Below the pieces are notes generated by a model. It was not told the origin of the DNA and did not search any database. It was given only the letters and a program-made list of their open reading frames with translations. Positions 9,337-18,330 of a stretch of DNA of 64,000 bases are shown here, piece after piece; position 1 is the first letter of the stretch; the number at the start of each line of letters is the position of its first letter. Made by a program: the position numbers and the translations under genes. Source of the stretch: Candidatus Uhrbacteria bacterium RIFCSPLOWO2_01_FULL_47_17 (GTDB lineage: Bacteria > Patescibacteriota > Patescibacteriia > UBA9934 > GWF2-40-263); contig MGEI01000005.1 in the NCBI GenBank assembly GCA_001791305.1, positions 146,698-210,697 on the forward strand. The letters run 5' to 3'.

Positions 9337-10326
9337 ATGCCGTACAAAATTTTCGTTACGCGATCGATTCCTGATGCTGGAATCAAACTTCTGCAGGCAA
9401 ACAAGAATGTTTCGCTTGATATTTACGAACGCGATCAACAGATTCCTCGAAAAGAACTGCTTAGACGCGTACGAGGAGCAGATATTATTTTGTCGATCTT
9501 AACAGAAAGAATGGACAAAGAAGTCATGGATGCAGCAGGACCACAGTTAAAGATGATCGCAAACTATGCGGTTGGGTTTGATAATGTTGATGTGAAAGAG
9601 GCGGCGAGGCGAAAAATCGTTGTGACAAATACTCCGCATGAGCGTGTGAATGAATCTGTTGCCGAACACACGGTCGCCCTTTTATTCGCCCTCGCGCATC
9701 GCATTGTCGAAACGGACGCGTTTACCCGTGCAGGAAAATATCATGCTTGGGGGCCAAAACTGTTGCTTGGTACAAGTCTTGTTGGCAAAACGATGGGAAT
9801 TGTTGGAACGGGTCGCATTGGATCATCCGTCGTCAAACGTCTTCACGATGGATTCGGTATGAAGATTCTTTATTCCGATTTGAATCGCAACAAAGATCTC
9901 GAAACAACAACCGGAGCAAAATATCGTACGCTCGAGAAACTTCTCGTAGAATCTGATTTTGTCTCTATTCACGTTCCCCTCCTAAAATCCACGCATCATT
10001 TGATGAGCGCGAAACAATTCAAACTCATGAAACCAACGGCGTTTCTCATCAACACCGCTCGCGGACCGATTGTGGATGAACACGCTCTTGTCGAGGCGCT
10101 ACGCAACAAAACAATCGCCGGCGCAGGATTAGATGTCTATGAAGGCGAGCCTTTGATTGCACTCAATCCTCGAGACATTAAAGAACTACGACAAATGAGA
10201 AACGTTGTTCTGACTCCCCACACAGCCTCTGCAACCATAGAAGCACGACAAGCCATGAGCGAAACCGCTGCAAAAAATATCCTCGCGTTCGTACGCGGAA
10301 AGGTTCCGCCAAACGCAGTGAAATAA
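9337..10326 (+). CDS. D-2-hydroxyacid dehydrogenase (D-glycerate dehydrogenase/glyoxylate reductase family)
   Basis: AVGFDNVD, GIVGTGRIG, INTARG, GLDVYEGEP, TPHTAS. Confidence 0.92.
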   Translation: MPYKIFVTRSIPDAGIKLLQANKNVSLDIYERDQQIPRKELLRRVRGADIILSILTERMDKEVMDAAGPQLKMIANYAVGFDNVDVKEAARRKIVVTNTPHERVNESVAEHTVALLFALAHRIVETDAFTRAGKYHAWGPKLLLGTSLVGKTMGIVGTGRIGSSVVKRLHDGFGMKILYSDLNRNKDLETTTGAKYRTLEKLLVESDFVSIHVPLLKSTHHLMSAKQFKLMKPTAFLINTARGPIVDEHALVEALRNKTIAGAGLDVYEGEPLIALNPRDIKELRQMRNVVLTPHTASATIEARQAMSETAAKNILAFVRGKVPPNAVK

Positions 10327-10327
10327 T

Positions 10328-10465
10328 ATGGCACACGATCACAAACACGACCAGGATCATGAACACCATCACCATAACGATGACCACGCATTTGAACACC
10401 GCTTATCCTTCTGGGCGGGCGTAATTTTACTCGTCGTTCTGATCGCAATTCTGCTTGGATTATAA
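10328..10465 (+). CDS. His-rich membrane microprotein (45 aa; not in ORF track)
   Basis: Hand translation MAHDHKHDQDHEHHHHNDDHAFEHRLSFWAGVILLVVLIAILLGL; starts 1 nt after previous stop and ends before a terminator. Confidence 0.7.
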   Translation: MAHDHKHDQDHEHHHHNDDHAFEHRLSFWAGVILLVVLIAILLGL

Positions 10466-10472
10466 AGAAACA

Positions 10473-10502
10473 AAAAAGATCATCGTGAAGATGATCTTTT
10501 TT
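10473..10502. terminator. Bidirectional intrinsic terminator
   Basis: aaaaaagatcatc-gtgaa-gatgatctttttt between the operon end and tRNA-Ala. Confidence 0.75.
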
Positions 10503-10504
10503 GT

Positions 10505-10580
10505 TGGTGGACCAACAGGGACTCGAACCCTGGACCCTCTGCTTGCAAAGCAGATGCTCTACCAACTGAGCTATTGGCCC
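10505..10580 (-). tRNA. tRNA-Ala(TGC)
   Basis: Reverse complement folds as a cloverleaf; anticodon arm tctgc-tttgcaa-gcaga; GGTTCGA; encoded CCA. Confidence 0.95.
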
Positions 10581-10672
10581 GAACGAGAGAAGAAGCTTGC
10601 ACCAAGATTATTCCGAGTGAGGCCGATAGCTTTGCGAAGCAAACGCTATTGACCCTCTCTTGAGGTGGCAAA

Positions 10673-10700
10673 AGTATAACATTTTGATTTTTTCTGTCAA
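10673..10700 (-). promoter_or_regulatory. Sigma70-type promoter for tRNA-Ala
   Basis: TTGACA-16-TATACT on minus strand. Confidence 0.65.
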
Positions 10701-11013
10701 TAACTCGCGAATCTTTTCCTTATTTCTAACCTTTTCTCTAAAAGTTATCCACAACTCCCTTTCAGACAAATCCACAACAAAAAGAGTGAGACCAGAGTGT
10801 GTGCAAGAAAAAATTCTTTTCGTTTCTCACTTTAATAATATTTTCTTGCATAAAGAATCACCGCATAAATATTGAGGGAAAATAATTTTTTGTTGAATAC
10901 AAAATAAAATAATGTTGTGAAGAAAAAAAGTTTACGTGTATATTCATCTCACAAAAAATATTTGTGTCTCAATATTTGTTACGAAAAAAAATATTTTTTC
11001 ATCACAAAATCTC

Positions 11014-11041
11014 TTGTCGATTTTTATAGACGTATTATAAT
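11014..11041 (+). promoter_or_regulatory. Sigma70-type promoter upstream of the histone-like microprotein
   Basis: TTGTCG-16-TATAAT. Confidence 0.5.
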
Positions 11042-11197
11042 TGTAAGTGATCGGAGGAGTATGCGCGCGTCATACGAAAACGATTTTCAGCGCACACTAA
11101 ATGTGCGATGCTCGATCGAGCATGTAATTTTTAACCGAACACCAAAGAGAATGTCTCTGTGCTCTGTTCACGCCTAAAGGAGGTGACCAATAATATT

Positions 11198-11296
11198 ATG
11201 GCAGCTAAAAAGAAAGCAGCGAAGAAAAAAGCAGCTCCAAAGAAGAAAGCAGCTAAGAAACCAGCAAAGCGCAAAGCAGCTAAGAAGCGTAAATAG
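11198..11296 (+). CDS. Histone H1-like Lys/Ala-rich microprotein (32 aa; not in ORF track)
   Basis: MAAKKKAAKKKAAPKKKAAKKPAKRKAAKKRK; AAGGAGGTGA Shine-Dalgarno upstream; terminator downstream. Confidence 0.85.
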   Translation: MAAKKKAAKKKAAPKKKAAKKPAKRKAAKKRK

Positions 11297-11301
11297 TCAG
11301 G

Positions 11302-11340
11302 AATAAAAACTCTCTCGGACGCGCCGAGAGAGTTTTTATT
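11302..11340. terminator. Bidirectional intrinsic terminator
   Basis: aataaaaactctctcgg-acgcg-ccgagagagtttttatt between convergent genes. Confidence 0.85.
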
Positions 11341-12684
11341 TTAGATCAATTTTTCTTGATTGAGTTTCTTCGGACCAAATTCTCCGAAGAGAGTAATCCT
11401 TCCGTAGATGCCGTCGTAGCCTGGTTGTTTAAAGACCTCTCCGATTCGCATACGGCGAATGGCTTCGCCGAGTGTTGGTTCAGATGATATCGATATGATC
11501 GTTTTGATCGGTGTATCAAGGAGAAGGGTGAGTTCATCAATCTGATCTGTGAGTTTCGTGTACTCGAGCTGAATTTTCTTCGAGGTCGTTGACCTTACGC
11601 CATAGATCTCCGCGAGAATCTCCGCAAGTGGAATGATCGACTTAAACGGAATCTTTCGATCGACGACTGTCTCGAACTTCCGATCGGAAAGTTCCTCAAC
11701 ACGGTGATGAACACCGAGCGTTAACTTCTTTTTACACTTCGGACATCGCTCACCGAGTTTTATGGATTCCTCTGGCGAACAACAAAATAAATCCGCCGCA
11801 CATCCATCAAAGTGATACTTCCCTTCTTCGGGGTAAAACTCGATCGTATAGCGAAACACATTGCGATCTTGTTCCTTGAGTGCGCGCACGAAGTCGGAAT
11901 ACGTCGGTGGCGCGTCAAACTCAAACACATTTGCCTCGCGTGCAAGGTTCTTCGGCGAATGCGCATCCGAATTCGAGATGAAAACAACCTTATCGAGCTC
12001 GGAAAGTTGCCAGTTCATTTGTGGATCGGACGATAACCCAGTTTCGATCGCGTAAACATACTTCGACATGGATCCGAAGCACTCCTCGATCGAGTTAAAA
12101 CCGGATTTTGAACCGAAGATCGCATACCACGGCGTCCATGCGTGAGCGGGAATGATAATGATTCGGTCGTCGATCTCGCGAAGTAACTTGTAGAGTGCTT
12201 CCGAATCAATACCAAGAATTGGGCGACCATCGGATTTCAGATTAAATCCACGTTTGGTTAGTTCCTGATTTACTTTTTTACAAGTTTCAAGAGAAGGCGA
12301 CCAGACCAAGTTGTGAACACGACGGGTTTGTTCTCCTTTTTTATAGATCTGTGAAATCTCGGTGACGAACATGAATTCGGTGGGACGGCGGAGTGGTTGA
12401 GTGATGGAGTGGTTGAGTGATGGAAGAGAAGAGCTTTTATTTTTATTAACTGCTCTGCAAAGCAGCTTCCCGCCTGTCGAAGTCCGTAGTCGATAAATCC
12501 CCTCGCGCACTTCCTCGAGGTTCTCCTCCAGGTGCGCGAACCACTTCGGGTGTGTCCAATCCCCTGTTGCAACGATGTTGATTCCTTTTCGTTCACACCA
12601 TTCCGCAATCTTCGGTAATTCCAAATCCTTCGAGCAAGCTCGAGAGTATTTAGAGTGAACATGCCAGTCCGTGATGTAGCGCAT
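11341..12684 (-). CDS. Endonuclease Q-family PHP-domain protein with Zn-ribbon-like Cys motifs
   Basis: DWHVHSKYSRACS, TGDWTHP, PAHAWTPW, ETGLSSD, SNSDAHS, EEGKYH, CPKC, PGYDGIYG. Confidence 0.88.
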   Translation of the reverse strand: MRYITDWHVHSKYSRACSKDLELPKIAEWCERKGINIVATGDWTHPKWFAHLEENLEEVREGIYRLRTSTGGKLLCRAVNKNKSSSLPSLNHSITQPLRRPTEFMFVTEISQIYKKGEQTRRVHNLVWSPSLETCKKVNQELTKRGFNLKSDGRPILGIDSEALYKLLREIDDRIIIIPAHAWTPWYAIFGSKSGFNSIEECFGSMSKYVYAIETGLSSDPQMNWQLSELDKVVFISNSDAHSPKNLAREANVFEFDAPPTYSDFVRALKEQDRNVFRYTIEFYPEEGKYHFDGCAADLFCCSPEESIKLGERCPKCKKKLTLGVHHRVEELSDRKFETVVDRKIPFKSIIPLAEILAEIYGVRSTTSKKIQLEYTKLTDQIDELTLLLDTPIKTIISISSEPTLGEAIRRMRIGEVFKQPGYDGIYGRITLFGEFGPKKLNQEKLI

Positions 12685-12785
12685 AGGTAATTTTTGTAGT
12701 CCGAGGCTTTAGCCTTGGTTGCTTCGAGCAGAATAGCAAACGCAAATAAAAAACACCAGAATTTCTTCTGATGTGAGGTGTCTAC

Positions 12786-13121
12786 CTAACTTGGTGCGTC
12801 AAACACAGGCGGACTCTGTGCATGTTCGACCATGAACAAGAGAATCATGACGGCCGAACCGTTTGTGAGGACAAGTGGCAAGATCGAATCCGGAACAGAT
12901 TTGATGATGCCTGTGAGGCAATGATTCATGGTACGAAGCGCATCCTCTAGCGGATCAAGTGACTCGCCAGATTTGATGCGTCGCATCACTTCAAGACTCA
13001 TGTGCTGAACAATCGTCTGAATCGACGACTGCGCATTCGCACTCGCAAAAAAGTCCGTAAGGTCCGCAGCCGTCCTCAGCTCATGTTCAAACTGCGCAAT
13101 CAACCGCTTAATGTGTGACAT
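12786..13121 (-). CDS. Hypothetical protein (111 aa)
   Basis: ORF with upstream GGAG; no motif recognised. Confidence 0.6.
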   Translation of the reverse strand: MSHIKRLIAQFEHELRTAADLTDFFASANAQSSIQTIVQHMSLEVMRRIKSGESLDPLEDALRTMNHCLTGIIKSVPDSILPLVLTNGSAVMILLFMVEHAQSPPVFDAPS

Positions 13122-13189
13122 TCTCCCCTCCGTGAATATCGCATCCGATCTTAAACCAAAAACCCCATTTGGTCAATGGGGTTTCATGG

Positions 13190-14989
13190 TTATTCAATCT
13201 CCTTTGTCTGTAACTCATACAATTCCGCATACAACCCCTTTCGACCTACCAGATCTTCATGCGTTCCCTCTTCTTCGACACGGCCTGACTTGAGAACGAC
13301 GATTCGATCTGCAACGCGCACACTCGAGAAACGATGCGAGATCACGATCACGGATTGCTCACGTGTTTTCTTAAAAAGTTCTTGAAAGAATTGATACTCA
13401 GATCGGGCGTCGAGTGCTGCGGTTGGTTCATCAAGAATCAAGAGCGACGCGTCTTTGATGAGCGAACGTGCAAGAGCTATTTTTTGCCACTCGCCACCGG
13501 AAAGTTCGGTTCCTCCCTCACCCGTTTCGTGTCCGAGCATGGTTTCATAGGTATTCGACAAACCAGTAATTTTTTGATGAATCCCGGAGCGTTCTGCCGC
13601 GAGCTGAATGGCGACGAGATCATCAATACGAGCAAGTTCACCGACTCCGATATTTTCTTTCACGGTAAGTGAGTACTGTTCAACATCCTGAAACGTTACC
13701 CCGATTTGTTTTCGTAGAGACTCGAGTGTATATGCACGATAATCTTTCCCATTCACAAGAACCGTTCCGCTTGTCGGTTCATATAATCGCATAAGAATTT
13801 TCACGAGCGTGGATTTTCCTGCACCATTCTCACCCACAATCGCCAGACGTTCACCTTTTTTAATAGAAAACGAAATATCCTTCAAAGCCGCAATGGTTGT
13901 TTCTGGATATGCGTAGGAAACATGATCCAATTCAAGTGATTCAATAGAAGAAAGCTGCTCTGCGTCCGGACGATCAACAATAATTGGTTGCAGTTTTTCG
14001 AGCGTTCGAAATGAATTCAAGTAGTTTGTGTGCTCGAATAATTGAGCGATTTGCCACGCCTGACTCACCATGAAACGTTCGAGGCCGACAAACGCACCAA
14101 TGTAAAGTGTGAATTGTCCAATCGAAATTTCTTGCAACACAACAGATTGCACAACGCTTACATAGACAAAAATATAAACGGAAAATGTACAAATATTCGC
14201 AACCAAACTTGCAAACAAACGTTTCTGTTCGATTTCTTTTTCTTTGCGAACAACTTCTGCATAGGATGCATGATAACGATCGGCAAAATACGTTCCAACG
14301 TGATGTATCATGAGTTCAACAAGTGTTTGTGTGCGCCGAAATAAGCTTTCAAGATACCAAACCTTTTTCATGATCCCCGCCTTACCCCAAGAAATATTCA
14401 TGCCAATATAAATCGCCCATACAGAAATAGCCACACTCGGAATAACAGCGATGACAAATAAAAGCGTGAACCATGGAGAGAACTTTGCCGCAAGAACAAT
14501 ATAGGAAATGGATGCCGCAATATTTCCAATCGACTGAAAAAGAATCCATGTCATCTGCTGAGGACGCCATCGCTGATCCTTTAAGTAGGTGAGGAGCGTG
14601 TGGACAGATGGCTTTTCAAGAGTTGGAAGATCAAGACTCACGGTCATTCGATGAATACGGTCTGTGACCGCAAGCATCAAATCCCCTTTCAATGCCTCTG
14701 TCATGGAATCACTCAAAAGAAACACCACGCGTTGTAGACCAAGCAAAACCAAAGACGCGATAATAAACCAAATAAGTTGCTGACTCCAAACACTGTTCGT
14801 CGAACCATGAACCAAAATATCAATAATACGTGCACCTAGGTACAACTCGGCCGGCGGAATAATTCCGATCAACAACTGAACAATCGTCAATTGAATGGTT
14901 TGTCGTGGTGCAATTTTAAAAACGAACGCGAGTTCACGAAAGAATGTTCTTATAAGCGTGCTTATAGGGATGCGTTCAATTTTTGACAT
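13190..14989 (-). CDS. ABC exporter, fused permease/ATP-binding protein
   Basis: N-terminal TM helices; GENGAGKS, LSGGEWQK, ILDEPT, SHR. Confidence 0.93.
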   Translation of the reverse strand: MSKIERIPISTLIRTFFRELAFVFKIAPRQTIQLTIVQLLIGIIPPAELYLGARIIDILVHGSTNSVWSQQLIWFIIASLVLLGLQRVVFLLSDSMTEALKGDLMLAVTDRIHRMTVSLDLPTLEKPSVHTLLTYLKDQRWRPQQMTWILFQSIGNIAASISYIVLAAKFSPWFTLLFVIAVIPSVAISVWAIYIGMNISWGKAGIMKKVWYLESLFRRTQTLVELMIHHVGTYFADRYHASYAEVVRKEKEIEQKRLFASLVANICTFSVYIFVYVSVVQSVVLQEISIGQFTLYIGAFVGLERFMVSQAWQIAQLFEHTNYLNSFRTLEKLQPIIVDRPDAEQLSSIESLELDHVSYAYPETTIAALKDISFSIKKGERLAIVGENGAGKSTLVKILMRLYEPTSGTVLVNGKDYRAYTLESLRKQIGVTFQDVEQYSLTVKENIGVGELARIDDLVAIQLAAERSGIHQKITGLSNTYETMLGHETGEGGTELSGGEWQKIALARSLIKDASLLILDEPTAALDARSEYQFFQELFKKTREQSVIVISHRFSSVRVADRIVVLKSGRVEEEGTHEDLVGRKGLYAELYELQTKEIE

Positions 14990-15537
14990 AGGAAGAAAAT
15001 AATTGAATCCAAATCAATCGCATCATAATCTGTCGTATCCACAATATGCGTCCGCACATCAGCCAACAAGGGCTCGATGCGTTTTGAAAAATAGCGTTCG
15101 TCGAATTCACCCAAAACGGTCTCGATCGAATCACAATGTCCTGGGTGGCGCGTCGTGAGAGAGCGTTCGAGAAATCTCTTGCGCGCAACGTGTGGTTCCG
15201 CCGTCATCCAGATCTGAATAAGTTCGGCATTATGTCGTTCAGAAAATTCCTGCAGCCAAATCCGATCATCTGCCCAAATAAATGTTGCGTCGGCGATCAC
15301 GGATTCACCGCGTGCCAAATACATCTGAATCAATTGGCGAAATACTGGATGCGTCGCGGCGCCAATTTCTTTTGACCACGCGCGATCTTTATATCCACCA
15401 ACATCGAACAACGCTTCTTTAATTTCATCCAGGGCAATTCGAACAAACCCCGTTTTTTCCGCCACAAACTTCGACACGGTTGTTTTCCCCGTCGCAATCG
15501 AGCCGCCAACAATGATGAGTTTAGGATGCGAGTCCAT
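14962..15537 (-). CDS. P-loop kinase / AAA_33-like ATPase
   Basis: IIVGGSIATGKTT Walker A; start placed at MDSHPK. Confidence 0.75.
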   Translation of the reverse strand: MDSHPKLIIVGGSIATGKTTVSKFVAEKTGFVRIALDEIKEALFDVGGYKDRAWSKEIGAATHPVFRQLIQMYLARGESVIADATFIWADDRIWLQEFSERHNAELIQIWMTAEPHVARKRFLERSLTTRHPGHCDSIETVLGEFDERYFSKRIEPLLADVRTHIVDTTDYDAIDLDSIIFFLCQKLNASL

Positions 15538-16282
15538 AACATTTTCGTAAAATCTCTTCTGCAATCTCTTTTTCTTCCGGCGTATTAATCCCAATCGCCT
15601 CTTCCGGCGGAATCGATACGGTTGGAATATCGATTCCCTCCTCGAATGCCATCGCGACGAGATCGGTGAGATAATATTCACCCTGCGCATTCTCGTTTTT
15701 TAATTGGGCGAGACGATCCCAGAGCCAATCGGTTCGAAAACAGAAGAGAGCTGGATCGCGTTCGAGAATTTGTTTTTGTTCTTCGCTTGCATCCTTGAAT
15801 TGCTTATTGCCGATCACTCGACCGCTTTCATCACGCAGGATGCGTCCCCATTTCTCAAATGCTTTGTACCAGCCTTCGGTCGATGGCAACGTCGTAGTGG
15901 CCATCGTGACGTGTGCAGCGCGATCGCTGTGAGTTGATGCGAGACGATTCAGTGTTGACGCAGACAAAAACGGATGATCGCCGTAAAGGACGATGAGCGC
16001 ATCTGCATCTTCGACGAATTCCTGTGTGCATCGAACCGCGTGTCCGGTACCGAGCTGTTCTTCTTGAATGGCGTGCGAGCAAGTTCGACCAATCACTTCA
16101 CCGAGGCGTGGCGAATCTTTTCCAATCACAACAACCGGATTCCCCTCGAGACCCGATGCTTCTATAGACTCGAGCAAGTGCTGCAAAATAGGCTTCCCCG
16201 CAACCGGAGTCAGCGCCTTCGGAATATCCTGTTTCATGCGCGTACCTTTTCCGGCCGCGAGGATGACGATTCGGAATTTCAT
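15521..16282 (-). CDS. Nucleotidyltransferase, GlmU N-terminal-domain-like (no acetyltransferase domain)
   Basis: ILAAGKGTRMK, EQLGTGHAV, LYGDHP, NAQGEYYLTD, GIN. Confidence 0.85.
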   Translation of the reverse strand: MKFRIVILAAGKGTRMKQDIPKALTPVAGKPILQHLLESIEASGLEGNPVVVIGKDSPRLGEVIGRTCSHAIQEEQLGTGHAVRCTQEFVEDADALIVLYGDHPFLSASTLNRLASTHSDRAAHVTMATTTLPSTEGWYKAFEKWGRILRDESGRVIGNKQFKDASEEQKQILERDPALFCFRTDWLWDRLAQLKNENAQGEYYLTDLVAMAFEEGIDIPTVSIPPEEAIGINTPEEKEIAEEILRKCYGLAS

Positions 16283-16283
16283 A

Positions 16284-16391
16284 CTATTTCATCAAAACCC
16301 CAACAACAAAACCAAACAGGAACCCGATCGCGAGAAAGAAGATGATTCGGACGACTTTGCAGAGGTGACAGGGCTTTTTTTCTTCATTCAT
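16284..16391 (-). CDS. Small membrane protein with CxxC (35 aa)
   Basis: MNEEKKPCHLCKVVRIIFFLAIGFLFGFVVGVLMK; stop abuts the next gene. Confidence 0.55.
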   Translation of the reverse strand: MNEEKKPCHLCKVVRIIFFLAIGFLFGFVVGVLMK

Positions 16392-16451
16392 AGGACTCAA
16401 CAATAACAAAAAAATTCCCTTTCGGGAATCTTTTTCAGCAAATTTACATTG

Positions 16452-16561
16452 TCCTGGCGCCGACCTACTCTCGCCCAATCGGACTACCATCGGCCCTACG
16501 ACGCTTAACTTCTGTGTTCGGGATGGAAACAGGTGTGACCATCGTGGAAGAGGCACCAAGA
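16452..16561 (-). rRNA. rrf: 5S rRNA (shortened helix IV)
   Basis: ccatcccgaacacagaagttaag and gccgatggtagt...gagagtagg; extended flanking stem tttacattgtc/gacaatgtaaa. Confidence 0.92.
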
Positions 16562-16868
16562 CAATGTAAACTTGCTGTTCTCACGAACAACAATTGAAGA
16601 TCAACAGAACTTATTCTAAACCTAATTTTTTCTGGTACGTGCGTACTCTGTGAACTCTCTTATGCAAGAGAGGTTGTAGAGCTCGACCTATTAGTACTGC
16701 TCGGCTGAACATCTTACGATGCTTACACCTACAGCCTATCAACCTGCTAGTCTCGCAGGGGTCTCAAATGAAGACTTATCTTTGGATCGGCTTCACGCTT
16801 AGATGCTTTCAGCGTTTATCCGAACCGAACGTAGCTACCCAGCGATGCCCTTGGCAGGACAACTGGTG

Positions 16869-16908
<40 letters not shown>

Positions 16909-16944
16909 TGGATTCCATCAATCTTCGACGCCCATGGTAGATAG

Positions 16945-16996
<52 letters not shown>

Positions 16997-17027
16997 TGGC
17001 GAACAGCCAAACCCTTGGGACCTTCTA

Positions 17028-17063
<36 letters not shown>

Positions 17064-17604
17064 GAACCACGCCGTCGCTGTGGACGCTTGGGCGTGACTA
17101 GCCTGTTATCCCCGGAGTAGCTTTTATCCGATGAGCTTCCGCCGTCCTATTTCGTACGGTCGGATCACTAACTTCTGCTTTCGCAACTGCGCGACTTGTA
17201 AGTCTTGCAGTAAAGCTGGCTTCTGCGTTTGCACGTCCAGCGCGATTTCCATCCGCGCCAAGCCAACCTTTGTAAACGCCTCCGTTACATTTTGGGAGGC
17301 ACCCGCCCCAGGTAAACTACCCACCAGATCCTGTCCCTCCCTCCGGTTTCACGGAAGGTGGTTAGACTTTACACAACGCAAGGGTGGTATCTCACTGGTG
17401 CCCGAAGGCTCCCACCTATTCTGAACATGCGGAACATAAAATCAAGACCAAGTTGTAGTAAAGCTTCACGGGGTCTTTTCGTCTTACCACGGGAAGTGAG
17501 CATCTTCACTCACATTGCAATTTCGCCGAGTACATTGTTGAGAGAGTCTCCAAGTCGTTATGCCATTCGTGCAGGACGGAACTTACCCGTCAAGGAATTT
17601 CGCT

Positions 17605-18330
17605 CTTTGTTGTTACGATCCATTGATCGACGTAGTCATTTCTGCCACGTTCTGCATGTCACCATGCAGGTCGGACTCTATCTTCTTCGAAGGTTTCGAA
17701 GTCTGGCGTATAGTCTCTGAGGATTCCAGAAATTTTGATGGAACTTTTCGATTCATCAATTGGATAATCTTTGCAATTTCTTTCTGACCTTGATGATTCT
17801 TGTGCGTTCCTTCCTTCATCATTTGAAGGAGCTGAGCAAAGAGTTCAAAATCATTTTTCTTTGAAGTTTGCAAAGAGTATTTTTGGAAGAACGGAATAAT
17901 CTTCTCTCGAAGATCTTCTTGCGATCTTACACAATACTTTAGCAATGGTTCTCTGTGATTATCATGACGAGTGTTCTGATAAATCTGACCGCATCCGAAA
18001 TACTCACGAATGAGTTCCAGACTTGATCGACTTTTCATACCTTGTGTCACAACAAACTCAGGAAACACCTGCCATCCAAGGCTTGTGGTTTTGTTTCGAA
18101 TCAAACTGACTGAGAAGCAACCCTCTCCGTCAACAAATCCGCAAATCCACCACGCCATTTCTAGTCTTTCCTGCTGATTGTCTCGTTTTTTTATCATACT
18201 ATGGTTATATTTTACCATAGAGTGAACGAGGTGTTCCAGCATATAGCCAAATTTTTCTTTATCTACGTCTGTGAGGCATCACAGTTCGATAATGAGAGGT
18301 CATTCACCTCACTAAGGCAGCTTTTATTTC
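17605..18330 (-). mobile_element. Group I intron in 23S rRNA at E. coli position 1931 (726 nt)
   Basis: Interrupts CCTAAGGT^AGCGAA; P1 ctaaggU/gccttag with U.G pair; core elements atgctggaa, aatcagcagg, cagagactatacg, aagatagagtcc; terminal G. Confidence 0.93.
17613..18197 (-). CDS. Single-motif LAGLIDADG homing endonuclease
   Basis: WWICGFVDGEGCFSV, PEFVVTQ, YFGCG, IIPFF; start uncertain (18197 or upstream to 18242). Confidence 0.92.
   Translation of the reverse strand: MIKKRDNQQERLEMAWWICGFVDGEGCFSVSLIRNKTTSLGWQVFPEFVVTQGMKSRSSLELIREYFGCGQIYQNTRHDNHREPLLKYCVRSQEDLREKIIPFFQKYSLQTSKKNDFELFAQLLQMMKEGTHKNHQGQKEIAKIIQLMNRKVPSKFLESSETIRQTSKPSKKIESDLHGDMQNVAEMTTSINGS

Noticed and set aside
10700-11010. 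Replication origin (AT-rich gap with TTATCCACA at 10745)
   Set aside because: Only one perfect DnaA box, no dnaA/dnaN nearby and no visible skew switch; another lone box sits at 29943. More likely promoter-associated sites; cumulative GC skew would be needed.
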